From Candidatus Omnitrophota bacterium (GTDB taxonomy: Bacteria; Omnitrophota; Gorgyraeia; DTHP01), in assembly GCA_023819145.1 (NCBI GenBank), contig JAMWCW010000009.1:1-63025 (forward strand): a stretch of 63,025 nt of DNA. Direction: 5' to 3'. How positions within the stretch are numbered: the first letter of the stretch is position 1; each line of letters begins with the position of its first letter. Positions 36,488-46,958 of the stretch are shown one piece after another. Under the pieces are notes generated by a model, which saw nothing but the letters and a program-made list of their open reading frames with translations, ran no database searches and was not told where the DNA came from. Both the position numbers and the translations under genes were made by a program.

Positions 36488-38563
36488 TTAAGCTACAGAA
36501 ACAAGTTCAAGATTGGGAAATCGTTCTTTTAAAGTCTTTAGTAAAATTCTGTGTTTTGAGAAATCTAAATAGGGATCGTTTGCCAGGAGACCAAAGGCTT
36601 CTTTTCTACTCAACTCAAGTATTTCCATATCTTTTAAAATATCCCCAACTTTAATCTCGGGAAATCCATGCTGGCGTTCACCGAAAAATTCTCCCGGACC
36701 GCGTATTTTTAAATCTTCTTCAGCAATTCCGAATCCATCGCGAGTCTTTACTAAAGCAGTAAGTCTTTGTCTTGCCTCTTCTGTTTTGGCAGAGGAAAAC
36801 AGAATACAATAAGAGGGATATTTCCCCCTTCCTATCCTACCGCGTAATTGATGTAGTTGAGCAAGCCCGAATCTTTCGGCATTTTCTACCACAATCACTG
36901 TAACATTAGGAATGTCTATTCCTACCTCAATCACAATGGTAGAAACAAGCAAATCAATATTCCCTTCTTTAAAATCCTTCATTAGAATATTCTTTTCTTC
37001 AGTGGATAATCTACCATGCAGAAGTCCAATTTTAAATTCTCTAAAATCTTCCTCTTTTAATCTCTCGTACATCTGTACTGCAGATTTCACGTCTAAAATT
37101 TCTGATTCCTCTATGAGAGGATAGACAATAAACGCCTGCCTTCCCTGTTTTAATTGTTCCTTAACAAAATTATATAAATCTTTTCTTTTATCTTCTGAGA
37201 CCCAATAGGTAAATACCTTACCTCTTCCCTTGGGTAGTTCGTAAAGAGTGGAAATATCTAAGTCTCCATAAAGAGTCAAGGCAAGAGTACGGGGAATGGG
37301 AGTAGCAGTCATAATTAGGCAGTCCGGATTGAGCCCTTTATCTTGCAACTTTTTCCTCTGCAAAACTCCAAATTTATGTTGTTCATCGATTACCACTAAG
37401 CCAAGATTGTTAAATTCTACATTCTCCTCAATTAGCGAATGCGTACCAACAATAATATCTATATCACCATCTTTTAATCCTCCCTTTATCTTATCTTTTA
37501 TGTAGCAAGGAACACCGCTAATCAAGAGTTCCACTTTTATCCCAAAGGGAATAAAGAAATTACTCAAATTAATAAAATGCTGCTCTGCAAGAATCTCTGT
37601 GGGTGCCATCAAGGCTCCTTGATAACCATTTTGCACCGTTAAAAATAAAGCATAGACAGCAATAACCGTTTTCCCTGAACCAACCTCTCCCTGCAGGAGA
37701 CGCTGCATAGGTTTAGATTTTGCCATATCTTCTTCTATCTCTCTAATTACATGTATCTGGCTATCGGTTAATCTAAAGGGAAGTCTTTCCGAAAAAATTT
37801 TAAATAAATCGGGGTCGAGACGATGACTTATCCCTTTCTTGTTCATTCTTTCTTTTATCCTTTTTATTCCAATTCCTAATTGCAGAAGAAAGAATTCCTC
37901 AAAGACAAATCTTTTCCTTGCTAATTCTTCCTTCTCAAAATCATCGGGAAAGTGCATCCAATGGACTGATTCTACAATATTCGGTATACCATTGCGTTTA
38001 CGAATATCGTAGGGGATAAATTCAGATAATTTATTTGCATAATGATTAATTGCCTCATATACAATGTTCCGCAATATCCTCTGGGTTAAGTTCCCCGTTA
38101 GGGGATATACGGGAACAATCCTTCCCATATTTAGCGAATCGAAACTATGCTCTTCAATAATTTCAAATTCAGGAGAATTCATCTGGTAATTCAAAAATCT
38201 CTCCACTTTACCATAGAGGATAACTTTTCTGCCTTCTTGAAACATCTTTTCTAAATACGGCTGATTGAACCATACTGCAGAAAGAATTCCGCTTCCATCC
38301 GTAATTCTTACCTCAAATATATAAATCCCCCGCCTTGAACGCCTCAAATTAGTAAAAATCACTTCTCCCATCACCAATTCCGTTCTACCGTCTTCCAAAC
38401 GAGAAACTTTCTTAAATTCTCTACGGTCCTCATAACGCCGAGGAAAAAGATAGAGTAAGTCAAAAACTGAGTTTACTCCCAGACGTTGAAGGTCTTTACA
38501 CCGCTTGGGTCCAACTCCTTTTATATATTGCACAGAAATGTCTTTAAGAGACCCACCCATCAT
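36488..38563 (-). CDS. recG: ATP-dependent DNA helicase RecG
   Basis: It has a wedge/OB N-terminus and SF2 motifs GEVGSGKT, DEQHKFG, MTATPIPRT and QLRGRIGRG. Confidence 0.95.
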   Translation of the reverse strand: MMGGSLKDISVQYIKGVGPKRCKDLQRLGVNSVFDLLYLFPRRYEDRREFKKVSRLEDGRTELVMGEVIFTNLRRSRRGIYIFEVRITDGSGILSAVWFNQPYLEKMFQEGRKVILYGKVERFLNYQMNSPEFEIIEEHSFDSLNMGRIVPVYPLTGNLTQRILRNIVYEAINHYANKLSEFIPYDIRKRNGIPNIVESVHWMHFPDDFEKEELARKRFVFEEFFLLQLGIGIKRIKERMNKKGISHRLDPDLFKIFSERLPFRLTDSQIHVIREIEEDMAKSKPMQRLLQGEVGSGKTVIAVYALFLTVQNGYQGALMAPTEILAEQHFINLSNFFIPFGIKVELLISGVPCYIKDKIKGGLKDGDIDIIVGTHSLIEENVEFNNLGLVVIDEQHKFGVLQRKKLQDKGLNPDCLIMTATPIPRTLALTLYGDLDISTLYELPKGRGKVFTYWVSEDKRKDLYNFVKEQLKQGRQAFIVYPLIEESEILDVKSAVQMYERLKEEDFREFKIGLLHGRLSTEEKNILMKDFKEGNIDLLVSTIVIEVGIDIPNVTVIVVENAERFGLAQLHQLRGRIGRGKYPSYCILFSSAKTEEARQRLTALVKTRDGFGIAEEDLKIRGPGEFFGERQHGFPEIKVGDILKDMEILELSRKEAFGLLANDPYLDFSKHRILLKTLKERFPNLELVSVA

Positions 38564-38564
38564 T

Positions 38565-40250
38565 TTAATTAAGTATCTTGTACTTCAACATAAAATAGGG
38601 ATCTTTGTCTTTAGGATTTAATTTAAGACAAAAATAAAATTTTTCATAAGCCTCTTTAATCCTACCTTCCAGAAAATACACATAACCTAAATTATAGTTT
38701 GCGGAGGAAGAAAGTTTGTTTATTCCAATTGCTCTTCGGTAATAATCCTTTGCTCTATCCATCTCTCCTCTTAAGAGATAGAGATTACCCAAATTATTAT
38801 AAAGCGCTACAGAAAAATTGCTACTGAGTTTATTTTCTAAATCCTCTATCGCTTTATCCAAATTATCCATATCCACAGATTCTAAAAACACAGTTTTAGA
38901 TTCACTTTTAATATCGTGGATTCCACGCATTATTAGAGGAGAAAAAGCAAAATTTAAAAGAGAAAAATTAAAAAAAATAATCAAAAGAAAACAAAATCCT
39001 CTGAGAAATGGTGAAAGAACAATTGAGGAAAAAGATTTGCATAAATGAATTTCTATCAATTTAGCTAATATAGCAATGGTTATCCAAAAATATATTCCCA
39101 AATAAACAATCCTCAAATTTATCTCTCCGAGGTTAAGAAGGATACCGGACCATAAACTTGCTAATCCTATAAGAGAAATTATCTTTGAATCTTTGTCAAT
39201 ACCCTTTTGAAGATTAATTCTAAGTATTAAAAAAGAAATTGAACTTAATAAAATTACAAAGGCTAAAAAACCAAACGTGCCCAATTCTGCCCATAACTCT
39301 AAAAATTCGTTACAGGCATGTCTTATAAATTGTTCAGGATAAAAGCTAAATTTTTTATATTCAGAGGTAAAGAGCACAAAATTACCAATCCCGACGCCTC
39401 TAAAAGGATAATCTTTAATCATATTTAAAGCTACCCGCCAGATTAAAAATCTTTCCCTAAAACTCATTAAAAATCTTTCTCCATAATTCTTAAAGAATAT
39501 TTTCATCCCCCAAAATACCACAAAAATAATTGCTAAAATAAAAATATTTTTTATCAATTTCTTGTTTCTCATATCAAAAATAAAATATAAAAATAAAAAG
39601 AAAAACATTGCCGTAAAACCTATAAAAAATCCTCCCTTTGAACCCGTTAAGATTAAGGCATAAATTGACACTAAACATCCCAAAAAATAAGAGATTTTAT
39701 TTAGATTTTTTTTTGTGAGCAGCAAATTAACAAAACAAAAAGGTAGGTTTATCGCCAAAAAACCACCCAGAAAATTCTTATTGACAAAAGTGGAAATCAC
39801 TATACCTTTATGCGAAATTCTGAGAAAATCCCAACCCAGATATTGAAACCACCCATAAAAAGAAACCAAGAAGATGCTTAAAGCCAATAATGTAATGAAA
39901 TGCTTTATATCTCCTAAACTATCGAAGGAAGAAAGAAAAATAAAATATATACCCACATATATAAATATCTGATAAAATTGAACGGAGCTGGCAAGTTTAT
40001 ACGGGGATAAAATAAAAGAACATAAATTAAAAATAAAGAAGGCAAGGACTAAACCATTAACATAACTTTTTCTGAAAGAAAAAAAACCCTTAATTAAACC
40101 AATAACCCAAAGCAAAAGAAGAAGAAAAAAAATAAGAATAAGATAAAAGGACTTATAATCAAAGGCATCGGTTCTATTAAAGGAACCAATATTTATAAAA
40201 ATCAGAATAATAAAAGTAAACTGAATAATTTTCTTGAATTTATCTTGCAT
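38565..40250 (-). CDS. O-antigen ligase-like (Wzy_C) polytopic membrane protein with C-terminal TPR repeats
   Basis: It has more than 10 TM helices, the ...RHACNEFLELWAELGTFGF motif (H-x-x-N-E-[FY]-L type) and a TPR tail (ALYNNLGNLYLLRGEMDRAKDYYRRAIGINK...). Confidence 0.7.
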   Translation of the reverse strand: MQDKFKKIIQFTFIILIFINIGSFNRTDAFDYKSFYLILIFFLLLLLWVIGLIKGFFSFRKSYVNGLVLAFFIFNLCSFILSPYKLASSVQFYQIFIYVGIYFIFLSSFDSLGDIKHFITLLALSIFLVSFYGWFQYLGWDFLRISHKGIVISTFVNKNFLGGFLAINLPFCFVNLLLTKKNLNKISYFLGCLVSIYALILTGSKGGFFIGFTAMFFFLFLYFIFDMRNKKLIKNIFILAIIFVVFWGMKIFFKNYGERFLMSFRERFLIWRVALNMIKDYPFRGVGIGNFVLFTSEYKKFSFYPEQFIRHACNEFLELWAELGTFGFLAFVILLSSISFLILRINLQKGIDKDSKIISLIGLASLWSGILLNLGEINLRIVYLGIYFWITIAILAKLIEIHLCKSFSSIVLSPFLRGFCFLLIIFFNFSLLNFAFSPLIMRGIHDIKSESKTVFLESVDMDNLDKAIEDLENKLSSNFSVALYNNLGNLYLLRGEMDRAKDYYRRAIGINKLSSSANYNLGYVYFLEGRIKEAYEKFYFCLKLNPKDKDPYFMLKYKILN

Positions 40251-40297
40251 AATGACTATAATTAAAACCTCTTATATTTTAAGGGAGGGAGGAAGCT

Positions 40298-40528
40298 ATG
40301 TCAAGGAGATGTGAAATTTGTGGAAAAGCACCACAAACAGGCAAAAACATTGCTCGACGTGGTATGGCCAAGAAAAAAGGTGGGGCGGGAAGAAAGATCA
40401 CCGGCACAAGCCATCGCCGATTCTTGCCTAATTTAAAATGCATAAGGGCGGTAATAAACGGAAGAACCCGTCGCGTTAAAGTCTGTACAGAATGCCTTAA
40501 AAAAGGGAAAGTAATAAAGGCGGTTTAA
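40298..40528 (+). CDS. rpmB: 50S ribosomal protein L28
   Basis: MSRRCEICGKAPQTGKNI...RRFLPNL... matches the L28 signature; 76 aa. Confidence 0.95.
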   Translation: MSRRCEICGKAPQTGKNIARRGMAKKKGGAGRKITGTSHRRFLPNLKCIRAVINGRTRRVKVCTECLKKGKVIKAV

Positions 40529-42228
40529 AGAGCGCTCCGAAAATCCTCTATATTTAAACTGATATACTCTTGACCCCGAAAACTTAACAAACGAGGGATA
40601 TAAGCGAGGTCGAAAGATTTACCCTTTTCTGCTTGAGAAATCCAATTCTCAAAATCTCTCCCCCTTGCCTGATATGTAAAAGAACCATCGGTAACCCAAA
40701 TTTCCAATCTATTCCTATTACGATTATTCAACATATCTTTAAGACGCAAACCATAGCTAACGAAAACAGGCACAGGATTCCCTTCACCAAACGGAGCTAG
40801 TTGATTAAAATCATTAATTAAATCGGAATTTAGTAAAGAAAAAGGTAATTCTCCATCAATGTAAAGAGAGGTTGAAAAAATTTCCGAAGTAATTGTCTCC
40901 TTCAATAACTGATTAAATAAAAGCTTAAATTGGGGAATTAAATCTCTTTCCATTTTTATCCCACAAGCAGATTTATGACCGCCGTAGGAGATAAAAAGAT
41001 GGGCACATCTATCTAAAACCTTAATAAGATGAATGTCTTCCAAATCTACTCTTCCTGAGCCAGAAGCTATGCTATCCTTAAACGAGAAAAGTATTACCGG
41101 GCGCGAATAACGCTGGGAAAGTTTGGACGCAACAATTCCCACCACCCCTTGATGCCATCTCTCATCTCCTAAAACAATAGAGAAATCTTCTTTAAAATTA
41201 ACCTCTCTTTCAATACGACTCACCGCCTCATTGTAAATATCTTCTTCTATCCCCTGTCTTTTGCGATTAGTATTGTCTAGAACCTTTGCAATCTCCAACG
41301 CTTCCGAAAGGGATTCAGTAATAAATAACTTTAGACTCGCCTCGGCAGAATCAAGCCTTCCCATGGCATTGATACGGGGACCTAAGATAAAACTTATATC
41401 GTAAGGAGATATTTTTTTATTTTCTATAGCCGAAACTTCCATAAGTGCCTTAACGCCAGGAAGCTGACTTTCATTCAACTGGAGAAGACCATATCTCACC
41501 AAAATTCTATTCTCTCCTAATAAAGGAGAGATGTCAGCAATAGTCCCTAAACAGACTAAATCCAATAATTTCTTAATTTCCAAAAAACCATCTTTATCTA
41601 ATAAAGCCTGTGCCAATTTAAAAACTACACCCACACCAGAAAGATTTTTATCCGGATAAGTTTCGCCTTGGCATAAAGGATTAACAATAGCAAAAGCCTG
41701 TATTGGCAAATTTCTTTCTTCTGGTTCATGGTGGTCGGTTATGACCACATCAATTCCTCTTTTTGCTAAAGATGCTACCTCGGAAGCATTGGTAATCCCA
41801 CAATCAACCGTAATAACCAGATTAATATTCTTATCCACTGCATAATTTATCCCTTCTTCACTTATGCCATAACCTTCTTCAATGCGATGGGGAATGTAAT
41901 AAAAAACTCTTCCACCGTATTCCCTAAGAAGTTTAATAAGTATCGCCGTTCCCGTAATGCCATCTACATCATAATCTCCGTAAATAAGAATATTCTCTTT
42001 TTTTTCTATCGCCTTTTTTATCCTGGATACGGTTTTCCCCATGTCTTTAAAAAGAAAAGGGTCATACAAATCCGCAAAAGAAGGATTAAGAAAAGCATAC
42101 GCCTCATCAGGACTATCTATTTTACGGTTTATTAAGAGTTGTGCCAACAAGGGAGATATGCCCAAAGACTTGGTCAAACGACTAACCTTATCTGAATCTG
42201 GTTGCAAAATTCTCCAAATTTTCTGCAT
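40525..42228 (-). CDS. recJ: Single-stranded-DNA-specific exonuclease RecJ
   Basis: DHH motifs IYGDYDVDGITG, VDCG and VVITDHH, plus a DHHA1 GGHKSACG motif. I preferred the start at ATG 42228 (MQKIWRIL), 2 nt after the upstream stop. Confidence 0.9.
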   Translation of the reverse strand: MQKIWRILQPDSDKVSRLTKSLGISPLLAQLLINRKIDSPDEAYAFLNPSFADLYDPFLFKDMGKTVSRIKKAIEKKENILIYGDYDVDGITGTAILIKLLREYGGRVFYYIPHRIEEGYGISEEGINYAVDKNINLVITVDCGITNASEVASLAKRGIDVVITDHHEPEERNLPIQAFAIVNPLCQGETYPDKNLSGVGVVFKLAQALLDKDGFLEIKKLLDLVCLGTIADISPLLGENRILVRYGLLQLNESQLPGVKALMEVSAIENKKISPYDISFILGPRINAMGRLDSAEASLKLFITESLSEALEIAKVLDNTNRKRQGIEEDIYNEAVSRIEREVNFKEDFSIVLGDERWHQGVVGIVASKLSQRYSRPVILFSFKDSIASGSGRVDLEDIHLIKVLDRCAHLFISYGGHKSACGIKMERDLIPQFKLLFNQLLKETITSEIFSTSLYIDGELPFSLLNSDLINDFNQLAPFGEGNPVPVFVSYGLRLKDMLNNRNRNRLEIWVTDGSFTYQARGRDFENWISQAEKGKSFDLAYIPRLLSFRGQEYISLNIEDFRSAL

Positions 42229-42230
42229 GG

Positions 42231-43499
42231 TTATTTCCAAACAAACCAAACTAAGAGATAAGCAGAAATCACCGCCGAAAGAGTAAAAGGCAACCCTATT
42301 TTTACAAAATCTTTAAATTTTACTATAATTCCTTCTTTTTTAAGCAAACCACAGGCAACAATATTTGCTGATGCTCCGATGGGAGTGATATTTCCTCCCA
42401 AACTTGCCCCCAGAAGTAAACCAAAGAGAAAAAGAGAAGGATTAGCATTAAGCTCCTTTGCCATGTAAATAGCCACGGGAAGCATTGTGGCAAGTAAGGG
42501 CACATTGTCCACAAAAGCAGAGAAAAAAACTGCACTAAAAACCAAAACGCTGTATCCAAAAAAAATATTACTACCTACCAAAGATGAAAAAAACTTAGAA
42601 ATTTCTTTTATCCAACCGGTTAAGTGTAGCGTCCCTACAAGGATAAATATTCCCATCAAAAACAAAGAAGTTTCCCAATCGAGCGTTTTTAAACCTTCTA
42701 TAATCGACCCTTCATTAGAAAACTTTTTCCAGATTAAAGAAACTATCCCAAAGAATAAACAAATTACTCCCGCTAAATAAGAAAAATTCTCATCCAAAAA
42801 TGAAGAAAAAGCTAGCGCTATAATCAATAGGATTAAAATCGAAGTAGGAACCCAAGAATGTATGTTTTCGGTATTTGTTATTTCAGCCTTTCTTCTATTA
42901 CCCTTAAAAATAAAATAAAGAACAAAGAAAGAAACAATCGCTCCTAGCTCAACTGCAAAAAAAATGCTGGGTTTACCTTTATAAAAGAAAAAATCCATAA
43001 AGTTCATTTTGGCGAACCCTGCTAAAAGCATGCTGGGAGGGTCTCCAATCAAAGTAGCAGTTCCTTGAAGATTACTAGAGATAGCAATAGCTATCATCAT
43101 ATTAGCAGGATTCATCTTCAGTTTTCTCGCTAAAGAAAAAGCAATGGGGGCAACAATCAAAACTGTCGCTACGTTCTCAACAAAGGCAGAAATAACGCCA
43201 GTAAGAGCACAGAGAGAAAGAATTGCCCAACAAACATTTTTTGAACGATTGACAATCTTTTCCGCAATGTAGGCAGGCATCCGACTCTCCATAAAAATAT
43301 CGGCAACTAGAAGTGTTCCTATAAATATTCCCATGACATTCCAGTTAATCAATAAAAAAGCATCCCTAAAAGTAATTATCCTCAAAAAAATAATGGTCAA
43401 CGCAGAAATTAAGGCAACCCAGGTCCTTTTTTTAGGAAGTATAACAAAGAGCATATAGGAAGCTATAAAGATAAAAAGGGTAATTTCGCGATTACTCAT
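42231..43499 (-). CDS. ArsB/NhaD-superfamily (CitMHS-like) anion permease
   Basis: 422 aa and polytopic. The stretch NVATVLIVAPIAFSLARKLKMNP...NLQGTATLIGDPPSMLLAG is typical of this permease superfamily. Confidence 0.7.
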   Translation of the reverse strand: MSNREITLFIFIASYMLFVILPKKRTWVALISALTIIFLRIITFRDAFLLINWNVMGIFIGTLLVADIFMESRMPAYIAEKIVNRSKNVCWAILSLCALTGVISAFVENVATVLIVAPIAFSLARKLKMNPANMMIAIAISSNLQGTATLIGDPPSMLLAGFAKMNFMDFFFYKGKPSIFFAVELGAIVSFFVLYFIFKGNRRKAEITNTENIHSWVPTSILILLIIALAFSSFLDENFSYLAGVICLFFGIVSLIWKKFSNEGSIIEGLKTLDWETSLFLMGIFILVGTLHLTGWIKEISKFFSSLVGSNIFFGYSVLVFSAVFFSAFVDNVPLLATMLPVAIYMAKELNANPSLFLFGLLLGASLGGNITPIGASANIVACGLLKKEGIIVKFKDFVKIGLPFTLSAVISAYLLVWFVWK

Positions 43500-44004
43500 C
43501 TTTTTCTTTAAGAATTTTAAGGATTTCCTCTACCACTTCCCCTATCGTCAAATAAGAGGTATCTAAAGAATAGTCTGCCCGAGCATAATAAGGCTCTCTT
43601 ATCCTTAAAAGTTCTGCAATACGCTCTTTAGGATTAGAAACATTGAGTAATGGGCGATGCGTATGTTTTTTTACCCTTTCCCAAATAATCTCGGGTTTCG
43701 CTTTAAGACAAATAAGTAAACCATTCTTCTTTAAATTAACGACGTTCTCTTCTCTAAGTACCACTCCTCCACCTGCATCAACAATTAAATTTTCCTTATC
43801 AGAAATATCTTTTACTACTTTACTTTCTAAATCACGGAAATAATCCTCTCCCTTTTCAGCGAATATCTGAAGAATTGGTTTTTTCTCCCTCTCCTCAATC
43901 AAAGTATCTAAACTCAGATATTCACATCTGAGTAATTTCGCTAACTCTTTTGCCACGGTTGTCTTTCCCGTTCCCATAAAACCCACAAGAACTATATTTT
44001 TCAT
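43492..44004 (-). CDS. aroK: Shikimate kinase
   Basis: LVGFMGTGKTTVAKELA P-loop; 170 aa. Confidence 0.9.
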   Translation of the reverse strand: MKNIVLVGFMGTGKTTVAKELAKLLRCEYLSLDTLIEEREKKPILQIFAEKGEDYFRDLESKVVKDISDKENLIVDAGGGVVLREENVVNLKKNGLLICLKAKPEIIWERVKKHTHRPLLNVSNPKERIAELLRIREPYYARADYSLDTSYLTIGEVVEEILKILKEKDE

Positions 44005-44006
44005 AA

Positions 44007-45131
44007 CTAATATTTTCTTAAATTCTGTATATAATTCTTATAATTAAGTTTCATTTCCGCAAGACTATCTCCGCCAAATTTCTCGCGCATCGCACGGGCA
44101 ATTTCAAAAGCAGAAACTGCTTCGGCAATCACTCCTCCTGCGGGAACCGCACACACATCTGCTCGTTCTACCGCGGCTTTAGCTTTCTGTTTCGTAACTA
44201 TATTTACTGAATCCAGAGGATTCATCAAAGTGGAAATGGGCTTCATATACCCTCTGATAATAATCGGTTCGCCGTTACTCAATCCTCCCTCTAACCCTCC
44301 TGCGCGATTAGTTTTATGATAAAAACCCCTTCTTTTATCATAATAAACTTCGTCATGAACTTCAGAACCCAAAAAACCCACATTCAAAAACCCCTCTCCA
44401 ATCTCAAAAGCCTTCACTGAAGGAATAGCAACAATTGCCTGAGCAATTCTTCCGTCCAAGCGTAAATCGTATTGCATAAAACTTCCCAAGCCAGGAGGAA
44501 CGCCTAAAATAATCACTTCAAAAATCCCACCAAGCGTATCTCCTTTTCTAATTGCTTCCTCAATCTCTTCTCTCATTTTCTCTTCCGATGTTTTGTCAAT
44601 ACATCTTAGAGGAGATTTCTCCGCTCTCTCCCTAATGCTATAAAAATCTAAATTCCTCTTTTTTACCTCAATACCACCGATTCTCAAAACATGGCTAATT
44701 ATCTCTATCCTAAACTCAGAAAGTAACATCTTACAAATGGCTCCTACTGCCACCCGCGCAGAAGTCTCTCTGGCAGAAGCACGTTCTAAAACATTGCGCA
44801 CATCTTTGGTATCGTATTTTAGAACTCCCGCAAGGTCTGCATGTCCCGGCCGAGGAAAAATTAAAGGAGGCAACCCTTCAATTTTATAATCCCTGTTTTT
44901 AATAAACAAAGCGATAGGACTTCCTAAAGTAAATCCTTTCCTTGTCCCAGAAATAATCTCCACTTCATCTGTCTCTATTTCCATCCGTTTCCCCCGACCA
45001 AAACCCTTTCTTCTTCTCTTTAAATCAACATCAATCTTATCCTCAATTATTCGCAAACCTGAAGGTATCCCTTCCAAGATAGCCACCATACCCTTGCCAT
45101 GTGATTCACCAGCAGTTAAATATCTTAACAT
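44007..45131 (-). CDS. aroC: Chorismate synthase
   Basis: MLRYLTAGESHGKG...RPGHADL...RSSARETS-like motifs. Confidence 0.95.
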   Translation of the reverse strand: MLRYLTAGESHGKGMVAILEGIPSGLRIIEDKIDVDLKRRRKGFGRGKRMEIETDEVEIISGTRKGFTLGSPIALFIKNRDYKIEGLPPLIFPRPGHADLAGVLKYDTKDVRNVLERASARETSARVAVGAICKMLLSEFRIEIISHVLRIGGIEVKKRNLDFYSIRERAEKSPLRCIDKTSEEKMREEIEEAIRKGDTLGGIFEVIILGVPPGLGSFMQYDLRLDGRIAQAIVAIPSVKAFEIGEGFLNVGFLGSEVHDEVYYDKRRGFYHKTNRAGGLEGGLSNGEPIIIRGYMKPISTLMNPLDSVNIVTKQKAKAAVERADVCAVPAGGVIAEAVSAFEIARAMREKFGGDSLAEMKLNYKNYIQNLRKY

Positions 45132-45143
45132 TGTCCACCTCCC

Positions 45144-45959
45144 TTATTTCCCCAGTAACCAGTAGCCGGTAATCAGTAACCAGATGTTTTCTCCCCAAAC
45201 AAGCGTAATGAACCCTCCTAATATTAAAAATGGTCCATAAGGTATATAATGAGATTTTGTCTTCATTAAAGAGATTATACCAAAAATCAAACCGAAGAAA
45301 GGGGCAATAAAAAAAGTAAGTACAATCTTCTCCGCCCCCAAGAATGCTCCCAACATTGCCATAAGTTTAACATCTCCAAAACCCATCGCCTCTTTCTTGA
45401 AAACCAATTTACCCAAGAATCCAATTAACCAAATCATACCTCCACCAACAATTAGCCCCAAAAAGGACTTTTTTAAGGCAGGCAAAACGGACACCTCTTT
45501 GTGAATTTCAGGGAATAACAAACTGAAAAATATACCTAAAACTATCCCCGAAACAGAGATAACATCAGGGATAATCTGGTATTTCAAATCAATAAATCCT
45601 GCTACGAGAAGAGAAGAGAAAAGGATTGTATAGATAAAAAATTTTGTCGTAACGCCGTAACGCATATAAAAGAATAAAAAAATACTTGCACTCAACAACT
45701 CTACAAAAAAATAGCGGGGAGATATTTTTTTACCGCAGTAACGGCATCTACCCAGAAGAATAAAGTAACTCAAAAACGGAACATTGTCATACCAAAGAAT
45801 GGTCTTTTGGCAATTTGGACAATGAGAACGCGGAGAGACAATAGATTTTCCTTCCGGTAGACGAGATATGCAAACATTCAAAAAACTACCTACAAAAGAA
45901 CCAACAATAAAAACGAAAAGTTTAATGTTAAATAGTGAGATTTCTCTTAAATTAAACAA
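45144..45959 (-). CDS. pilD: Prepilin peptidase (A24 family)
   Basis: Cys knuckles CPNC...CRYCGKKIS and the aspartyl motifs GFIDLK and GFGDVKLMAMLGAFLG. Confidence 0.85.
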   Translation of the reverse strand: MFNLREISLFNIKLFVFIVGSFVGSFLNVCISRLPEGKSIVSPRSHCPNCQKTILWYDNVPFLSYFILLGRCRYCGKKISPRYFFVELLSASIFLFFYMRYGVTTKFFIYTILFSSLLVAGFIDLKYQIIPDVISVSGIVLGIFFSLLFPEIHKEVSVLPALKKSFLGLIVGGGMIWLIGFLGKLVFKKEAMGFGDVKLMAMLGAFLGAEKIVLTFFIAPFFGLIFGIISLMKTKSHYIPYGPFLILGGFITLVWGENIWLLITGYWLLGK

Positions 45960-46025
45960 ATTACAATTCTCCGTATAGTTTTTATATTATATAAAAGAAG
46001 AAAGGCAAATTGCAAGGAGTAAAAA

Positions 46026-46883
46026 TTATGCTGATTTTTTGGATATTGCTTTCTCCAGCACTTTCTTCATAACCAAAACAGGAGCTTTTTTACCTGTCCA
46101 GAGTTCCCACGAGATGGCTCCTTGATAAAGAAGCATACCTAAACCATTCATCGTCTTCAAGTGCTTTGATTGGGCAATTTTGAGAAGTTTGGTTTTTGGA
46201 GGGTTGTAAATCAGGTCGCAGACAGAAAGCCGGGGATGAAAAACTTTCGGTTCAACAACCAAAGGGTCGTCTTTATGCATCCCTACGGGAGTGGCATTAA
46301 TCAAACAATCAAAATCCTTAAGAGGCGAATTGGGTAAACTTCCAGCAAGCTCTACACTACTATTAGGAAAATGGAGTCTGAGGTCAATAACCAATTTTTC
46401 TGCTTTAGAACGGACGAGGTCATAAAAAACTATTTCTTTTGCTCCCGCACGGAGCAAATTAAAACCTATTGCCCGGGATGCGCCTCCTGCGCCCAGAATA
46501 AAAAACTTCTTACCCTTGGGTCTAATTTTTAATATCGTCTCCAGGGCTCGAATAAATCCTCTCCCATCGGTATTATAACCTACTAACTTCCCTTCTTTAA
46601 CCACAATGGTATTAACCGCTCCAATAATTCTCGCTGTAGGATAAACATCATCCAAAAGTGGAATACATGCTTCTTTATGGGGTATGGTAACATTCAATCC
46701 AGAAATGCCTAAGATTTTCATCCCTAAAAGAGCATCTTTAAGATTATCAGGGGCAACCTCAAAGGCTAAATAAATCGCATTTATCTTGGATTTTGCAAAA
46801 GCAGCATTGTGCATCAGGGGTGAAAAACTGTGGTGCACCGGATAGCCGATTATTCCGTAAAGCCGTGTGTGGGAATCAATCAT
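46026..46883 (-). CDS. aroE: Shikimate dehydrogenase
   Basis: YGIIGYPVHHSFSPLMHN, NVTIPHK and GAGGASRAI motifs. Confidence 0.9.
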   Translation of the reverse strand: MIDSHTRLYGIIGYPVHHSFSPLMHNAAFAKSKINAIYLAFEVAPDNLKDALLGMKILGISGLNVTIPHKEACIPLLDDVYPTARIIGAVNTIVVKEGKLVGYNTDGRGFIRALETILKIRPKGKKFFILGAGGASRAIGFNLLRAGAKEIVFYDLVRSKAEKLVIDLRLHFPNSSVELAGSLPNSPLKDFDCLINATPVGMHKDDPLVVEPKVFHPRLSVCDLIYNPPKTKLLKIAQSKHLKTMNGLGMLLYQGAISWELWTGKKAPVLVMKKVLEKAISKKSA

Positions 46884-46958
46884 AAATATCTTAAAAATTA
46901 AATATCAAAAATCAAATATCCCCGAAAATATTCATAATTAAATAGCTCACTTGTCTTA